The notes under the pieces are model-generated. The model had not been told where the DNA came from, searched no databases, and saw nothing but the letters and a program-made list of their open reading frames with translations. This document shows positions 1 to 13,650 of a stretch of DNA of 64,000 nt, in pieces. The translations under genes and the position numbers were made by a program. Numbering within the stretch: the stretch's first letter is position 1; each line of letters begins with the position of its first letter. Source of the stretch: Octopus vulgaris (taxonomy: Eukaryota); the NCBI GenBank assembly GCA_951406725.2, contig OX597816.1:76508001-76572000 (forward strand), given 5' to 3'.

Positions 1-244
1 AGATATACATGTGTGTATGTGTAAATGTGTGTATGTGTGAGTGTGTGCGTGTGTGCGTGGATGTGTGTGTGTGTACGTGTGTGTGTGTTGTATGTAGCGA
101 GGAAGTCCGCCACGTAACCATTGTGTGTCTTATTCAGCAAATGTTTCCTGCAATAGCCAAAGGTTAACCAAAAACGTGAGTGTCATTTATTAGCGGAAAA
201 TCTCTTGATTACATTTACTTGCGCGCGCATATGCATTCATATGT

Positions 245-1960
245 ACTTAGATACTTCCGTTTCGGCTAGAATTGGCCCAAGCCATGCCCAACGTATTAGC
301 ATTCCAGAAAATACATTTAATGATATTTCATATTACAGTTATTCTTAGGGCACCATAGCCCATTCGAGAAAAGAGTTATTGTTTGCAAATATATTTCCGA
401 GTATAGGTGGTTTCTCTGGAATTTGCCGGCAATATTCGTCCAGGAACCGTCTGAATGCTCTAAGATCTTTTTTCGTCTCTTGTGTGTCTAGTTATGATGT
501 TAAAGAGAGCAGAGCCACTTAAGGTGAAATAGTTCTGTTTCACTGTTACGATATGATGCGAGCATGATTTTAGTAGAGGACGAATGTCACAGGGAAAAAG
601 ACTTGGGTGGATTTTAAAGTTTATGCCAACATCATTTGAGTAGTGCTATCGGAATATTTTTCACATCATGTAAATGATATGGTGCTCAAGCTAGCGTTGG
701 AAGGAATAAAGTTTGAGTTTTTCGAGATGATCCCTATAACCAAGACCTGTCATTTAGTCTATTTTTATTGTGATCGATCTCTGAGGAGCTTCAAATATCT
801 CATATTGTGTTTCGTGTAGAGAGATCAGCGGTGTTCAAGGTGAAGGCGGACGAAGGTGGATTAGGGAAGTCTCTTGATCGGGGAGTCCTGATGATTTAGA
901 AGCATGTTTTGCAGGTGTTGTCATCTTTAATGTTCAAGTAGACACCTCAATTTAAATTCTTGTCGATAGTTACTCCGAGGTTCCTAGCGGTGTTCGATAC
1001 CACGACACTTTCTCCCGAGAGAAGAGTATATATTGGCTTAACTGCAGTCTCTTCATTGATTACAGGGAGCAGATCAGATTGGAGATTCGTCCGCTCTCCT
1101 GCCCTGTCAACAACTTTCAGAAGCTTAGAAAATGTTAATGCTGCTGCATTGATGACGTCAATGATGTCAATAATGTAAAAATGAAAAGGGCTGGGCACAA
1201 AACTGTGTCTTGTGGTGCTCCATTGATGATTCTTGCCGAGCTTGATCGTACATGACTATTCACCACATGCTGAGTTCTGATCACCAAAAAACATTCAGTC
1301 CATATTCATAATTTTCCCTCATATTCCAGTGTTGAGTAGTTTCTTTAATAGGATCCTATGGTCAACATTGTCAAAGGTTGCTGAAGTAAAGATAGATGAC
1401 GTCTGCATTGGGCCCCTCTCCCAGAGACTTTAGGATGTCGTCAAAACGAAGCAGGTGCTGTATTAATTAGTCCCTGTTTGGGGAGACCGTACTGATTGGG
1501 AATAAGTAGATTGGGAAGTGAGTCACTGAAGATCTTACCACTCTGTCAAATAATTTGATGATACGAGAAGCAAGTGAGATCGGTCGGTAATTCACTGAAT
1601 GCAATTTTTTTGGGGGGAAAACTGGCACAATGGACTAAGGAAATTAGCCAGCGTCGTGATTTTTTCCAGACAATAGTTGATATCGTCACTCCTTCAGGAT
1701 TTTAACGGGGAACCTGCCAGGGCCTGCAGCTGTGTTGTCTGTAATTTTTGTTAATAGCTGCTAAGATATACGGGGTACCGAATGATATATCGGATAGGGT
1801 GTGCTGGGGTTTTGTTTCACCGATGCTGTCAGGGTTAACCACGTCGGATTTGTTGAAAGTGGAGCGGTATCGTTTCTGCAGAATCGCAAACATGTCTTCT
1901 GCACCACTATACAGAGTGTCGTCTTCATCTGTCAGAGGTCCAACAGACCCGTTGGGATTG
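245..1960 (-). mobile_element. Old degenerate CR1/L2-group LINE (RT and 3' tail)
   Basis: Minus-strand remnants NYRPISL (~1560-1590), LQSDLL..RNLGV (947-1198), IPEKPP..NNNSFLEW (~360-430). Tail at 258-300 resembles the tail at 21420-21470. Confidence 0.8.
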
Positions 1961-2569
1961 TGTTTATATCAATGGCCCACTATTCTTCTATTTCTCTGTG
2001 ACTATCGATATTTTGAAGCGGGCTTAACAGTAACAAGAGATCAGTTACTGATAGATATTTTCAATACGGAGAGCAGAATCAGATATATTATAAAATTTGT
2101 GTTGAATAGTACTTCCAATTTCACCTGGCGACGTATTGTACTAGGTGAACAAACCGTTAGTCAAAATTTAAAATTCCATTCAACACGAAATTTATAACAA
2201 TATACCTTATGTGTACGCATTTGTTGTATGCGATTTTGTATATGAGAGCTGATATGTAAATCTAACATTATGTAACCTTTAAAGAAAACAGTGTAATTGT
2301 CAGTCAAAATAGCGTATGCATGTCTGTCGGCATAAACATTCGTCGGAGAACGTCTATGCAAGAATTTTATGTAATGTAAATAGCTAATTCTCCCTCAAAC
2401 AACAGCCTTTTGTTTTTTAAAAGAGGAGACTGATTTATATAGCCCAAAATACATTCTGTCTCAAAACGAAAACAGAATGTCACAGGTGCAATATCTCTGA
2501 CGATTACTTCTCTTAATTATGTCTTACTTGCAATTCGACGACGGCAACATTCTGTTACGATAAACGCAA

Positions 2570-2880
2570 ATACATGGCTATGCAGCTGTGAAATTCACTT
2601 CGCAATTACTTGATTTCTGGTTCAATTCCATTGCACGGCAGCTTCAGCAGGTGTATTCTAGTATAGCCCTGGGATGATAATGCCTTATGATTTGAAGCCC
2701 GTCGTATAAGCCGTTGTGAGTGTTTTGCGTTTGTTTCCACATTGCTTGACAACCGTTGTTAGTTTATTTACGTTTCCATAGTGAAACGGCTCAGTAATAT
2801 GAAGCGATGTAATAAATGTAAGTACTGAGGCATATTTATTTAATGAAACATTTCGAGACTGAAACAGGTAAGAGTAAAAG
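2570..2880 (+). mobile_element. Degenerate tRNA-derived SINE (family of 32118-32530)
   Basis: ggttcaattcc B-box, tagtatagccc, gaagcccgtcgtat and cattgcttgacaaccg blocks shared with the 32118 copy. Confidence 0.7.
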
Positions 2881-2964
2881 GCAAACGAAAAATGCATGTT
2901 AACGTGTGAACGCATGACTATTACATAGCAGTTGTTTTGAATCTAACGTAATTGCATTAATGTT

Positions 2965-3086
<122 letters not shown>

Positions 3087-3399
3087 GCAGAGAAATTGAA
3101 AAGCAAGGAGAAATACAATACGGATTTCTATAAGCCGTTGTAATAAATTTGTAACCTTGTGTGTTTTGTAAGAAAACTTTAGGCACAGGTAATAAAATTA
3201 ATGTACCGTCAGCATGTCAAAAGGCTTTCTATGCAATCACATTAAAATATATATGATTGTACAGTTGTAGGATGATTTGGTTAAATGCATTTTAAATTTA
3301 AAGCAATCTATGTTTGGATGTGTTTTTTTAGTACATATTTTTCCGAAAGTGCTTGCATGAATTGCTAAAATATAACTGTATAAGAATGTATATATATAT

Positions 3400-3472
<73 letters not shown>

Positions 3473-3482
3473 TACATATACA

Positions 3483-3517
<35 letters not shown>

Positions 3518-4040
3518 TTATACGTATATATTTATATATATATATATTCCTTTGTTGATGAGTTAGTCTTTAAGATCAAAGGTAAATTCACTCTTGAACG
3601 TCAATATGATAGTAAAAGATGACATTCTACTATGTGTCGTTAGAAGAAATAAGTATAGACACTCATAGGCATGCGTGTGAAGATGTACACATGTGTATTA
3701 GTGAAATGCGTGATTCATGCTTTGCAACCATTTCATCTAGAAAATAAAAGAGCTTGAGTGACTGCACTCATTCATAATTATATAAAGCTATTCTTCTAAA
3801 TGTGGGTCTTTGTACTTATGTTAGAAATTATTGTTTAATTCAGAGTATATGCTTATTCCAAGATGACTTTGCCGAAACTTCAGAGCGTTGATGTAATAAA
3901 CCCAGATACCATATCAAAGCCGCCTTTCTCTTTCATCTTTCATGTTACTTTGATCAGTATAATGGACTGTTACTCCCTCGCACTTATGTGAGAAACAGTT
4001 ATTACTATAATCCCTTTGTTTTGTTTTTTTTATTTTGCAG

Positions 4041-4190
4041 CTACAATCTATGCCAGTTTTTTGATTCCTTGCCAAACAGAAAATGCATTTACCTGCGATG
4101 AAGCCAGTAAAGAATGTATATCAGCTGAGCAAAAATGCAATGGTATCAGCGAATGCAGCAATGGATTTGATGAAAGTGTTAAGACGTGTG
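4041..4190 (+). CDS. GRL101: GRL101-like LDLa-repeat receptor, exon A (LDL-receptor class A module 1)
   Basis: Polypyrimidine tract and ttttgcAG acceptor at 4039-4040, G|GTAAGT donor at 4191; 150 nt, phase 1-1. Encodes TIYASFLIPCQTENAFTCDEASKECISAEQKCNGISECSNGFDESVKTC (6 Cys, acidic DE motif). GRL101 assignment is from recalled similarity to Lymnaea GRL101 (...DESVETCGC...EFQC), not a search. Confidence 0.85.
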
Positions 4191-4449
4191 GTAAGTTTTA
4201 TGCGATTAACTATTCTGCTTACAGTGCAACAAACTGTAAGTAATTATGTATATTATTAACTGTGTATCCGCCCGTCTATTTATCTGTAAGAATATCACTT
4301 AACACCGGTTCCTGCCTATGATAAATGTATGGATATGTACATAATCACACACGCATACACAGAGGCTCACATACATGCACACAGAAACACACACACACAG
4401 ACACACACACATATATATAAATAGACATATATACATATATATATATGTA

Positions 4450-4500
<51 letters not shown>

Positions 4501-5329
4501 CATAGATGGTAATCAGATATTGTCCTGTGTGTATATATAGATGTGTGTATGTATTTGTATGTAGTAAATTCTCTTTTTGTATGTATATCTCAAATCACAT
4601 AAAGCTATAAATAATAAGGTGCAATTATAGGTTTAAAGATCCTTTGGTCAGAGAAGTTTAAGGGCGCGCGCGCACACACATTCACATGCACGCACACACA
4701 TACACACGTGCACAGACTGGTACTCAATGTACTTAATTAAGTTTCTTAGTTTACACGTCACTTTCAGTATTTATGTATCTGCTTATGCATCTGCTTTGTA
4801 TGTATATGGGTACTTGCTTACATATTTACGTATGTAGATCTGCCTCTCTCTATATATATGTACACTAAAATAATGTGTGGTGTACTAAGAAATATGTTTC
4901 CACTCCATTCGTAACAGAATGATGACTAATGCATTGGACACTAGTAATTAATCATAGCTTCATCGTATAAATAACCTATATCTAATTCATGCATATTAAA
5001 TAAGGCCACAGTTATATTTTATTTAAAACTATTGATAAAAATGTCTTATAATCTTGAAATTCTTTGAAAATGGAATAGAAACCAACCTCAATATTAGACG
5101 TAAATCACTCATGAAATTAAAATCATTCTTACAACGTTTGGAGATTGGAGTGACCAGAGGAAAGCCACATATCCAAATATTGGAAATGCAATATATGCAG
5201 TAATAAAGAATTTCGCCAAGCTGCTGTTTATATGATCTTAGATAGTTACCATAAACCTGGGAATTCTTTTGATAGCGTGACCTCAGGATATACTTGCTTT
5301 TGTATGTTTTCCAGCAGAACCATGAATAA

Positions 5330-5950
5330 GGATATCTTTCAGGTTTCCAGTTGTAGAGAAACTTACATAAAATTGGTCATAAGCAAAGTTGGCTTCTTCA
5401 ATATGCAGTAAGCAACTGTCAATATTTGTTTTGGGGATTTAAAGATTGACATAGTACACTTTAAGCGTTCTGAGAGATAAAGTTGTCTTAATCGAAAGGG
5501 TATATCTGTCGATGTGAGTGAAATCCTGGATATAATCATTCCTTCTCTTTTGGTGAACCCAGAGTGGGTAGTAGTATCAATAACAGATGGCAAAATCATT
5601 TGTTTTACCGATGATATAGATGAGGTTGATCTAAATTAAGTCAGAACGGAGGATGATCTAAAAGATTAGAAATTCATGATCCTCAGCGGCGTTTACTGAT
5701 ATGTAAATTTGATTATATCCTACAATAGCTACCAAATGCTGTTGTGTACTTGGAGAATAATTTTGTACAGCCACCTGCTAGTTGCCAAAAGATTTTACAT
5801 CTTGAGAGCACTTTCGGTATCAGTTGCTTTACTTCCTGAACCTCTTCACATATTGGAACTATCGAGACTTCTCAAAAGCATCAGATTATTTTTCTCTCCA
5901 GGTCTGTACTGTGTTTGAGTAATTGCCGTTTACATATGCTAATAATGTGT
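5330..5950 (-). mobile_element. Helitron RepHel (Pif1-like helicase) remnant
   Basis: ORF 5363-5599 PSVIDTTTHSG..IISRISLTSTDIPFRLRQL..TMSIFKS resembles the Helitron helicase region IEATILTG..IPRIPL..DLPF.FKRLQFP..MTINKS. Confidence 0.6.
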
Positions 5951-7806
5951 CAAAAGTGATGGCTCTCTCTCAAAATCCTTGATGCTGGATTATTGACTTC
6001 TCTGTAGCTAAGTTACTCGAGGTCGTGTTTTTGAAGTTCTTGTTCATGTTGTATATGAACTTATTAATGTGATGCAGTGTAGATTCAATCTTCATATTCT
6101 ATTTCCATATAGCAGCTTGATGCTTGAAATTTCCGGTATCAAGCGGATGAATCTTTGCAAGAGCCAAAGAAAATGAATGGTTCACAAATAGAACAGTAAG
6201 ACTCTTGGCTCTTTGAGACACACTTTTCTGACAATGCAACATCCTAGTGAGGATGTAAGGGAAAGTAGAACACGGCAGATTTTGAAATCAGAATATAAAT
6301 AATCGGAAGAAATACCGGAAGACATTTTCCGGTGCCCTAACGATTCTGCAAATTCGATACCTAAGCAATAGTAGTATTAATAATGAATTCTACATAATAT
6401 TGATAGCAACGATCATAATGATTTCTGATTTAGGGACAATTCAGCAATTCCGAAGAGTGGCGGTTACGTCTGAAGAGTGGCGATTACGTCTACCCCACTC
6501 ATTTGAGTATTTTATCAACAGCGAAACAATGAAAGGTGAAGAAAGCACATCACAAGGTTTTTCTTCTAACGCTGTAACAGGGCCGCCAGCTCGTCGTCTT
6601 ATGTGGGGAGGGAATATGATAAAGTCGATTAAATCTTCTCCATTATTTGCATTGTACTTTATTTATCAACCCAGTATACGTTATTTATGAAACTTGGAAT
6701 GGTGAAAGACAAGCTGACTTTAGTACGATCTGGTATCATAACGTAAAGAGTTGCAAATAAATACACCATATATTGTCTGATATCATAGAGATACTGCTAC
6801 TCACAGGGCTGTCTATAATAGAAATTATAACAAAGAATTTTGCCATGGAAGTAAGGGTTGGCATATTTAAAGTACGTAACAAGTAGCATTTGTTTTATTG
6901 AACAACACTCAAATTAATGGCGAGGTCTGTTCCAGCAGGATCCAAAATCAAAACGTAGAGTATCCATACTATATACGGCAGTCACTTATATCTTTTGTTT
7001 TGTTGAATGCGCTACTCAGTATCAATTCCAAGCTCGCCAACATTAATATGTGTTGTTATATCAGAAATGTATTTTTTCAGGTTAATGTAAATGCTGAAAT
7101 ATGATAGTAATTAACAACTTTTTAGATGAAATCAGAAGTAGAAAATCAATTAAATATATCACTTATTTTATCCACATTGGAAACATCAAACGTTAAGTTT
7201 TCATATGATAGGATTCGAACACAGAATCCCTACCAGGTCAGCATTGCCTTTCATCCCTCTTGGGTCGATAAAATGCTATTTTCAATTTTACATCAAGCTC
7301 TGCCGTCTCTTACAACTAGTTAATAGCAGATAAGTGTTAACATAGTTAACACATTATTCCCAGTGCCACGTCTTTGTTCTAAACTAATTTTCATCCATGT
7401 AACTCGCAAATAGCTAGCTTAATTTAAGATTTACTTTTACACTAACGTCATTAAGGGTGCTGACGAATTCTATCCTTACAGTATCATTTACATTATCCTA
7501 GATATTTCAAAGAAATTAAATTACATAAGTTTTGTTTTACATTTGGTGGTGAATGCGAAAAAAAAACACGGCTAAAAAAGGGAAATATATTAAGCAACAC
7601 TTCGAATTATTATCGCTCATGAAATGTCACAGGTGAAAACGAATAAAAGGGGGAAGTGATCATAAGACGTTTCTGTAAAATTTCATTTTATTACGCCGAT
7701 GAAGGTGTACACTGACTGTTCAAAATGTCTCAGCCGCTTCGAAGCACTATAATGACAATTACTTGATACACTTACAAATATATATACATGTACACACACA
7801 CACGCA

Positions 7807-7843
<37 letters not shown>

Positions 7844-7989
7844 GTCAAAATTGTACAAAAACAAAAAGCGAAGGACAAACACAGGGAAAGGAACAACAAA
7901 TGAGGTGTATTTGTCTGACATTCAGGAAAAATGGAAGCAGTCTTTGATGTGCATCGCTTCTAAAGAAAGCTGAGACCCCCTTCGGTCAT

Positions 7990-9362
7990 GACTGACCATG
8001 GGATTGCACCTAGAAAGTTACCCTCCCAGGCTGAAAAGAAACCAACTGCTGAACTCCAACCAACATGGGTTCCATAATGGAAAGAACTGCCTAACACAGC
8101 TCCTGCATAACTTTGATTACATTTTGAAAACTTTGGGAGAGCGCTCGAATACTGATGTCATCTTACTTGATTTCAGCAAAGCCTTTGACAGGGTGGATCA
8201 TAAGATCCTCTTGAAAAAATTATCAAACATTGGTATCTCTGGAAAGTTACTACAATGGATCAAGTGTTTCCTGACAGGCAGAACCCAACACGTTGTAGTC
8301 GTAGAAGTAAAATCAAACCCAGCCAAAGTCAGTAGTGGTGTTCCACAAGGCACTGTGTTGGGCCCACTTCTTTTTATCCTCTATATCAATGACATTACTG
8401 ACACCACCAAGCACAGCAACATAAGAATCTTTGCAGATTATTCCACGCTCCAGAAGGCCATTAATGAAGTGAATGAATGGTCATACCTTCAGGCAGATCT
8501 GCTGGCTGTCATACAATGGACGAAAAAGAATAATATGCTGCTGAACGAGGACACATTTGAGTTAATCCATTTCGGGAAAGAGAATACTGAAACTCCCATA
8601 CTTCCGTCCTTCAGGTGAAACTCTCATGGTATCCAACAATATCATAGACTTGTGAGTGATTGTGGGCAACAACATAAGGTGGGCCAGTCATATAAACAGC
8701 AAAATTGACGTGGCCTGCATAATGTGTTCCTGGATTCTCAGAACTTTTCGGTCGAGAGATATCCACACCATTATCCTTCTTTTCTCTACTTTTGTCCGAC
8801 CACACTTTGAATACTATTGGCCACCCTAAACAAAGCATCATGAAATTTGATGCACCTCAAAGGTCAATTACAAAAAAGATAGATGGCAAGACAGGCCTTG
8901 GCTATTGGCGTCGACGAGAAAATCTCAAGCATTATTCTCTTCAACGCGGTCATGAGTGCTACATCTGCTTCACGTGGAAAATATGCCATCAGTGTTGCCC
9001 AAATGATGTTGGCATCGCCTTTAAGATACACCCAAGACTTGGGCCCCGTGCTATCCACCCACAGCATAAATCATACCCGCATCACATAACAATACAGCTC
9101 AATTATTTCACCTCAATTGGTCCCGCTCTCTTTAACATTACACCAAAACACACTAAAGCAGAAATAGCATAAAGCATAAAGTTCAAGAATTCTTTAGACA
9201 AATTCCTTCAAAAAATCCCGGATGAACATACTACACCCGGACATATCTCCGTAAACAATAATTCTCTCCTTGAGTGGACCATGCTGTCCGATTCCTGATT
9301 TGAATAACTTTGCCAGGTGGTGCTATTAAGTTAGGCATGGCCTGAGCCAATACTGGCCGAAA

Positions 9363-9365
<3 letters not shown>
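7990..9365 (+). mobile_element. CR1/L2-group LINE, 5'-truncated and frameshifted
   Basis: RT motifs [28 protein letters not shown] and FADY (from FADD). 3' tail ggtggtgctattaagttag..ggccgaaacc abuts (TA)n. Confidence 0.93.
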
Positions 9366-9409
<44 letters not shown>

Positions 9410-9410
<1 letters not shown>

Positions 9411-9780
9411 AAATTAAAAAAGGAAAATACGCACACTTTGCATAGTTTTAATATCATTTTTTATATATCGACCGGTTTCGCTATCGCTATTCATGATGTT
9501 ATGGTTTACTTATTTGAATATGTATTTTCTTAAGAAGAAATTTTGTCCATGTTGTGTGTGATGACATTTACGAGTGAATGACTTCAAAAGTAGAAAAATA
9601 AGGGGAGGTAATTGGTTATCGTTATTATTGTTATCACGAATATTACTAGATTTCATCCGTGAACTTTCTGCTTTAACAAAGGACGGTCAGGATCTTATAT
9701 CTGTACGTTTAATTTATTTCAATATGAAATTGAACAAAAAATTAAGACAGTCTATTCACCTATTGGGATAACAAATTTCA
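9410..9780 (-). mobile_element. Penelope-like element terminal region (pLTR-like) with hammerhead-like motif
   Basis: Shares TTACCTCCCCTTATTT and GCGAAACCGGTC with the region downstream of the GIY-YIG remnant at 36490-36960. Confidence 0.5.
9466..9499 (-). ncRNA. Minimal type I hammerhead-ribozyme-like motif, A3-U8 variant
   Basis: Minus strand acauc-AUGAAUA-GC(GAUA)GC-GAAA-CCGGU-C-gauau. Palindromic helix III ACCGGU, GUC site, weak helix I. Confidence 0.5.
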
Positions 9781-9896
9781 TAATATTCTATTAGAATAAT
9801 ATCACATATTGTTTCTTTTTACCTATAGGTACAAGGCCTGAAATTTGCGGGAGGGTGCTAAATCGATTACATCGACCCCTGTGCGTAACTGGTACT

Positions 9897-10633
9897 TAAT
9901 TGTTATTAAAATTAATGATGGTTATTAACTTTACTTCAAACGGTTGAATTTGTTCTCTAGATTCATCATGCTATTATTATTGCTAGCTGGACCCGTGAAA
10001 AATTCACGGAAAGCATTAAAAATATAATCATCTGTAAGCAGTATACTGGTGCCATGAGAAATGTTTGTATATTATAACCGTCTGTCTTTATGTTCTGAGT
10101 TCAAATTCTGCCGAGGTCGACTTTGCCTTTCATCCTTTGGAGTTCGATAAATTAAGTACGAGTTTTGTACTGGGGTCGATCTAATCAACTGGCCCACTCC
10201 TCATAAAAATTTAGGGCCTTGCGATTTTGTGGTTTGCTGGTATGCCGAGAGAGAGGCAACTGGTCACACATATAGGCACACATGTACACAAACACATACC
10301 TCGAGAGAGTTGCAGACAGTAAGTGTCAAATAGTCCACAAAGAAGTTTTCACCTCTCTCTCCCTGTCTCTCTCTCCCTCTTTCTCTATCTCTCTCCTCTC
10401 TTTCCTTCTCTTTCACTTCCTTTTTTTCTCTCTTCTCTCCTATTGATCTAACAATGTGTATACATATCTATGTATCTATTTCTCTTGCGATGAACGCCGT
10501 CACCACTCACTGCCTCTTTCACTCTCTCTTTCTTTCTCACTTTCTCTCTCTCTTTCTCACAGTCTTTCTTTTTCTCTTCGGTCCTCTCTGAAACACTTAA
10601 AAAAGACAAAACGAACGCCGTCACCACTCCCTA

Positions 10634-10666
<33 letters not shown>

Positions 10667-11471
10667 TACTTCCTCTCTGAAACATTTAAAACCCAAAACG
10701 AATGTCGCCACTACTCACTTTCTCTTTCACTCTCTCTCTTTCTCTCTCACTCTCTCTTTCTCCCTCCCTCCCCCTCTCTCTTTCTCTCTTACTTCCTCTC
10801 TGTCCACCTCTCTGTCGCTTTGCCACTTCTTTGAAGTGTGACATACAACACAGGTACATACAAAAACAAAAAGCGTATTAATATAATTGATTATTATTAT
10901 TGCAAAGCTGCAAGAACAATATAACATTCAACTGTATTTATGAAAACTAATTAAAAATTGAATTTATCTATCTCAGAACTGATTAATCTATTATAACCGT
11001 AATCCTTTAATATATTACATGGAACAATAATTACTTTCATAATTATATAAACGATTAAGTGAACATAATCTTGTCTCAGATTTAAGTTCGAATTCTATAA
11101 TTTTAATCATTTTAATTATTTCTCATTTAATTCTCATTTTAATCATTTAAATGCATGTATGTTATTATAATTTAGATGTGTAATTTATTATTTTTGATAT
11201 ATTTATGTCACAACTGTTCGCATAGCATTCTGTGATATACGTTGTACGAGCAAATTTTACGCGCGTGCGCATAAAAATATCTTACTGAATGTTTTGTGTG
11301 ATCTTGTGGAGGAGATCCATGGTCGGTGACAAAGTGTGTTGCCGCACTGGGTATCAACAATCCTAGTATTTCTCTAGATGTATGTAAACACATAAACATG
11401 CCCAAACATACATACACACACATGCACACACACACACACAGACACACACCTATATATAATTGTGCGTGTAC

Positions 11472-11504
<33 letters not shown>

Positions 11505-12106
11505 TGTATATATGTGCATACATACATCTAGAGAAATACTAGAATTGTTGACAACCAGTACGATAGCACATGTTCATAGCGACCATGGATCTCCTGTACC
11601 AGATCATATGGAACATTCAGTAAGGCATTTTTTCGTGTGTGGGTGTGTGTGTGTTTAAAACTCGCTCGTACAAAGTGTTTCACAAAATTGTGTATGTGTG
11701 TGTGTGTGTGTTTGTGTTTGTGTGTGTGTGTGTGTGTGCGTGCGTGTCTGTGTGTAAAAGTCGCTCGTGCGACGTATATCACAGAATGCAATTTTAACAG
11801 TTGTGACATAAATATGTCACAAAATAAGGAATTAAACATCCAAATTATAATAACAAATATGCATTTATTTATTTTGAAATGATTAAAACAAGAATTGTGT
11901 ATGGTAACTATAGAATTCGAACTTAAATCTGAGACAAGATTATGTTCCCTTAATCGTTTATATAGTTATGAAATTAATTATTGTTCCATGTAAAATATCA
12001 AAGGATTACGGTTATAATAGATTAATCAATTCTGAGATAGATAAATTCCATTTATAATTAGTTTACATAAATTCAGCTGAATATTATATTGTTCTTACAG
12101 CTTTGC

Positions 12107-12172
<66 letters not shown>

Positions 12173-12258
12173 GGGATGATGATGATGGTGATGAATCTAG
12201 AGTTCAACCGTTTGAATTAGAGTTAATAACCATCATTGATTTTAATTACAATTAATTG
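9897..12258. repeat. Long imperfect palindrome (fold-back element) centred near 11458
   Basis: 10891-11455 is the reverse complement of about 11460-12110 (e.g. cataatcttgtctcagatttaagttcgaattctata vs tatagaattcgaacttaaatctgagacaagattatg). 9897-9970 pairs with 12185-12258. Confidence 0.9.
9983..10890 (-). mobile_element. Non-autonomous Helitron inserted in the left arm of the palindrome
   Basis: Minus strand starts A|TC at 10890 and ends CTAG at 9983, with hairpin ccgtgaa-aaa-ttcacgg (9993-10009) just before it. No counterpart in the right arm. Contains a SINE fragment (10060-10220) and CT-rich repeats. Confidence 0.72.
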
Positions 12259-12709
12259 CTCATGTATCTATTTTACTCAAACCTAAATTAATTTCAAAAC
12301 CAAAAGGATTTATATAAAGAATCAATAATAAAAAAAATAGCAAATGTAATATTCGCTTAAACTTCGAAATAGTTACTACTTGCATGATATTGTATGAAAT
12401 TTGATCATATCTCAGATTAAAGGATATAAATCTTCAGGATTTTCAGGGGGAACTTTATGAGTTGAATAAAATTCCCTGACTGTGTCACGTTGATAATAAT
12501 ATGCACGTTCGTATAATTAGCTTTGCAACAATATATATTCGGGTTCAATCCTACTGCGCAGTAACTTGAACAATGCTCCTGTGACAACCAAACGCTTTGT
12601 GATTTAATCTGGTAAACGAAAACTGGAAAATCACATCACAATATGTGTATGCATACGTATATACATAAATACACACACACACACACACACATATTTATAT
12701 ATATATATT

Positions 12710-13650
12710 CAATGATAAGGCCGAATTTTATAACTCTGCCTTACTTAAAGAAGGTTATACAGAGAAAGTTACCTACATTAATTCCATTCAATCTTATTCT
12801 ACGTTTACTAATGCAGACATGAAATCTAGTTGTAACGATATAAACGATAACGATTTTAATTTATACGCCAACACCAAACAGAGGAAGGGAGATAACCCTT
12901 ATTTAAACCCATTTTTCATTCTAAAGTTAAATCGATGTCTTTCACTAAAAATAAAGCAACTAACATTAAAACTATTTGGTTAATTATTCCTTATGGGAGG
13001 CAAATTAAATCTAATCTTCCTTTGCAGTTTCGGGAAGCTATTATTAGGAATTTTCCAAAGAATTCTAGGTATTACACTATTATCAACTCAGACACTGTTC
13101 GGATTGGTTTTTCCAATAGAAAAAATCTATTACAAATTATTTCCTCACATAATATTAACCTGTTAAATAGGGATACATTTACTACTAATATTAATTTAGA
13201 TAATACAATCTATCCCCCTAGAAATATTAATTACAAGGTTATTGTATCTGAAGTCAATTACAACAGAATCAAGTTTATGTCAAGTAACTCTAATTTTAAA
13301 AATTCTATATACCAGTGTAAAATTACTTCAGGTACCGATGTCTTTTTTTATATGGGCAGTTTCTCTTCTCAGTTATCTAAAAGAATTTCTAATCATTACT
13401 CTAAATTTAGGGATAGGAATAAATGTAACAGTACAGGGCTTAGTAAATTAATTGGGTATCTAAAAGACAATAATAAACAATTTAATTGAGATTGGTTGAT
13501 TCTCTCAATTTCGATCCCTTATGATAAAGGAAAGGAATTCTGTCTGCTCTGTAATTCTGAACTATTTTTTATTCTTTTTTTCTAAAAATCCCCTTATAAA
13601 CACGGTTATAGAGCGTGCATACTGATGTAAACATTGGCAGAAACACACAG
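12710..13650 (+). mobile_element. Penelope-like element remnant (RT C-terminus/linker and GIY-YIG endonuclease)
   Basis: ORF 12935-13489 IWLIIPY..NFPK..TVRIGFS..IISSHN..SIYQC..FYMG..KRISNH..NSTGLSK, then after a stop PYDKGKEFCLLC; matches the PLE GIY-YIG pattern. Confidence 0.82.
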
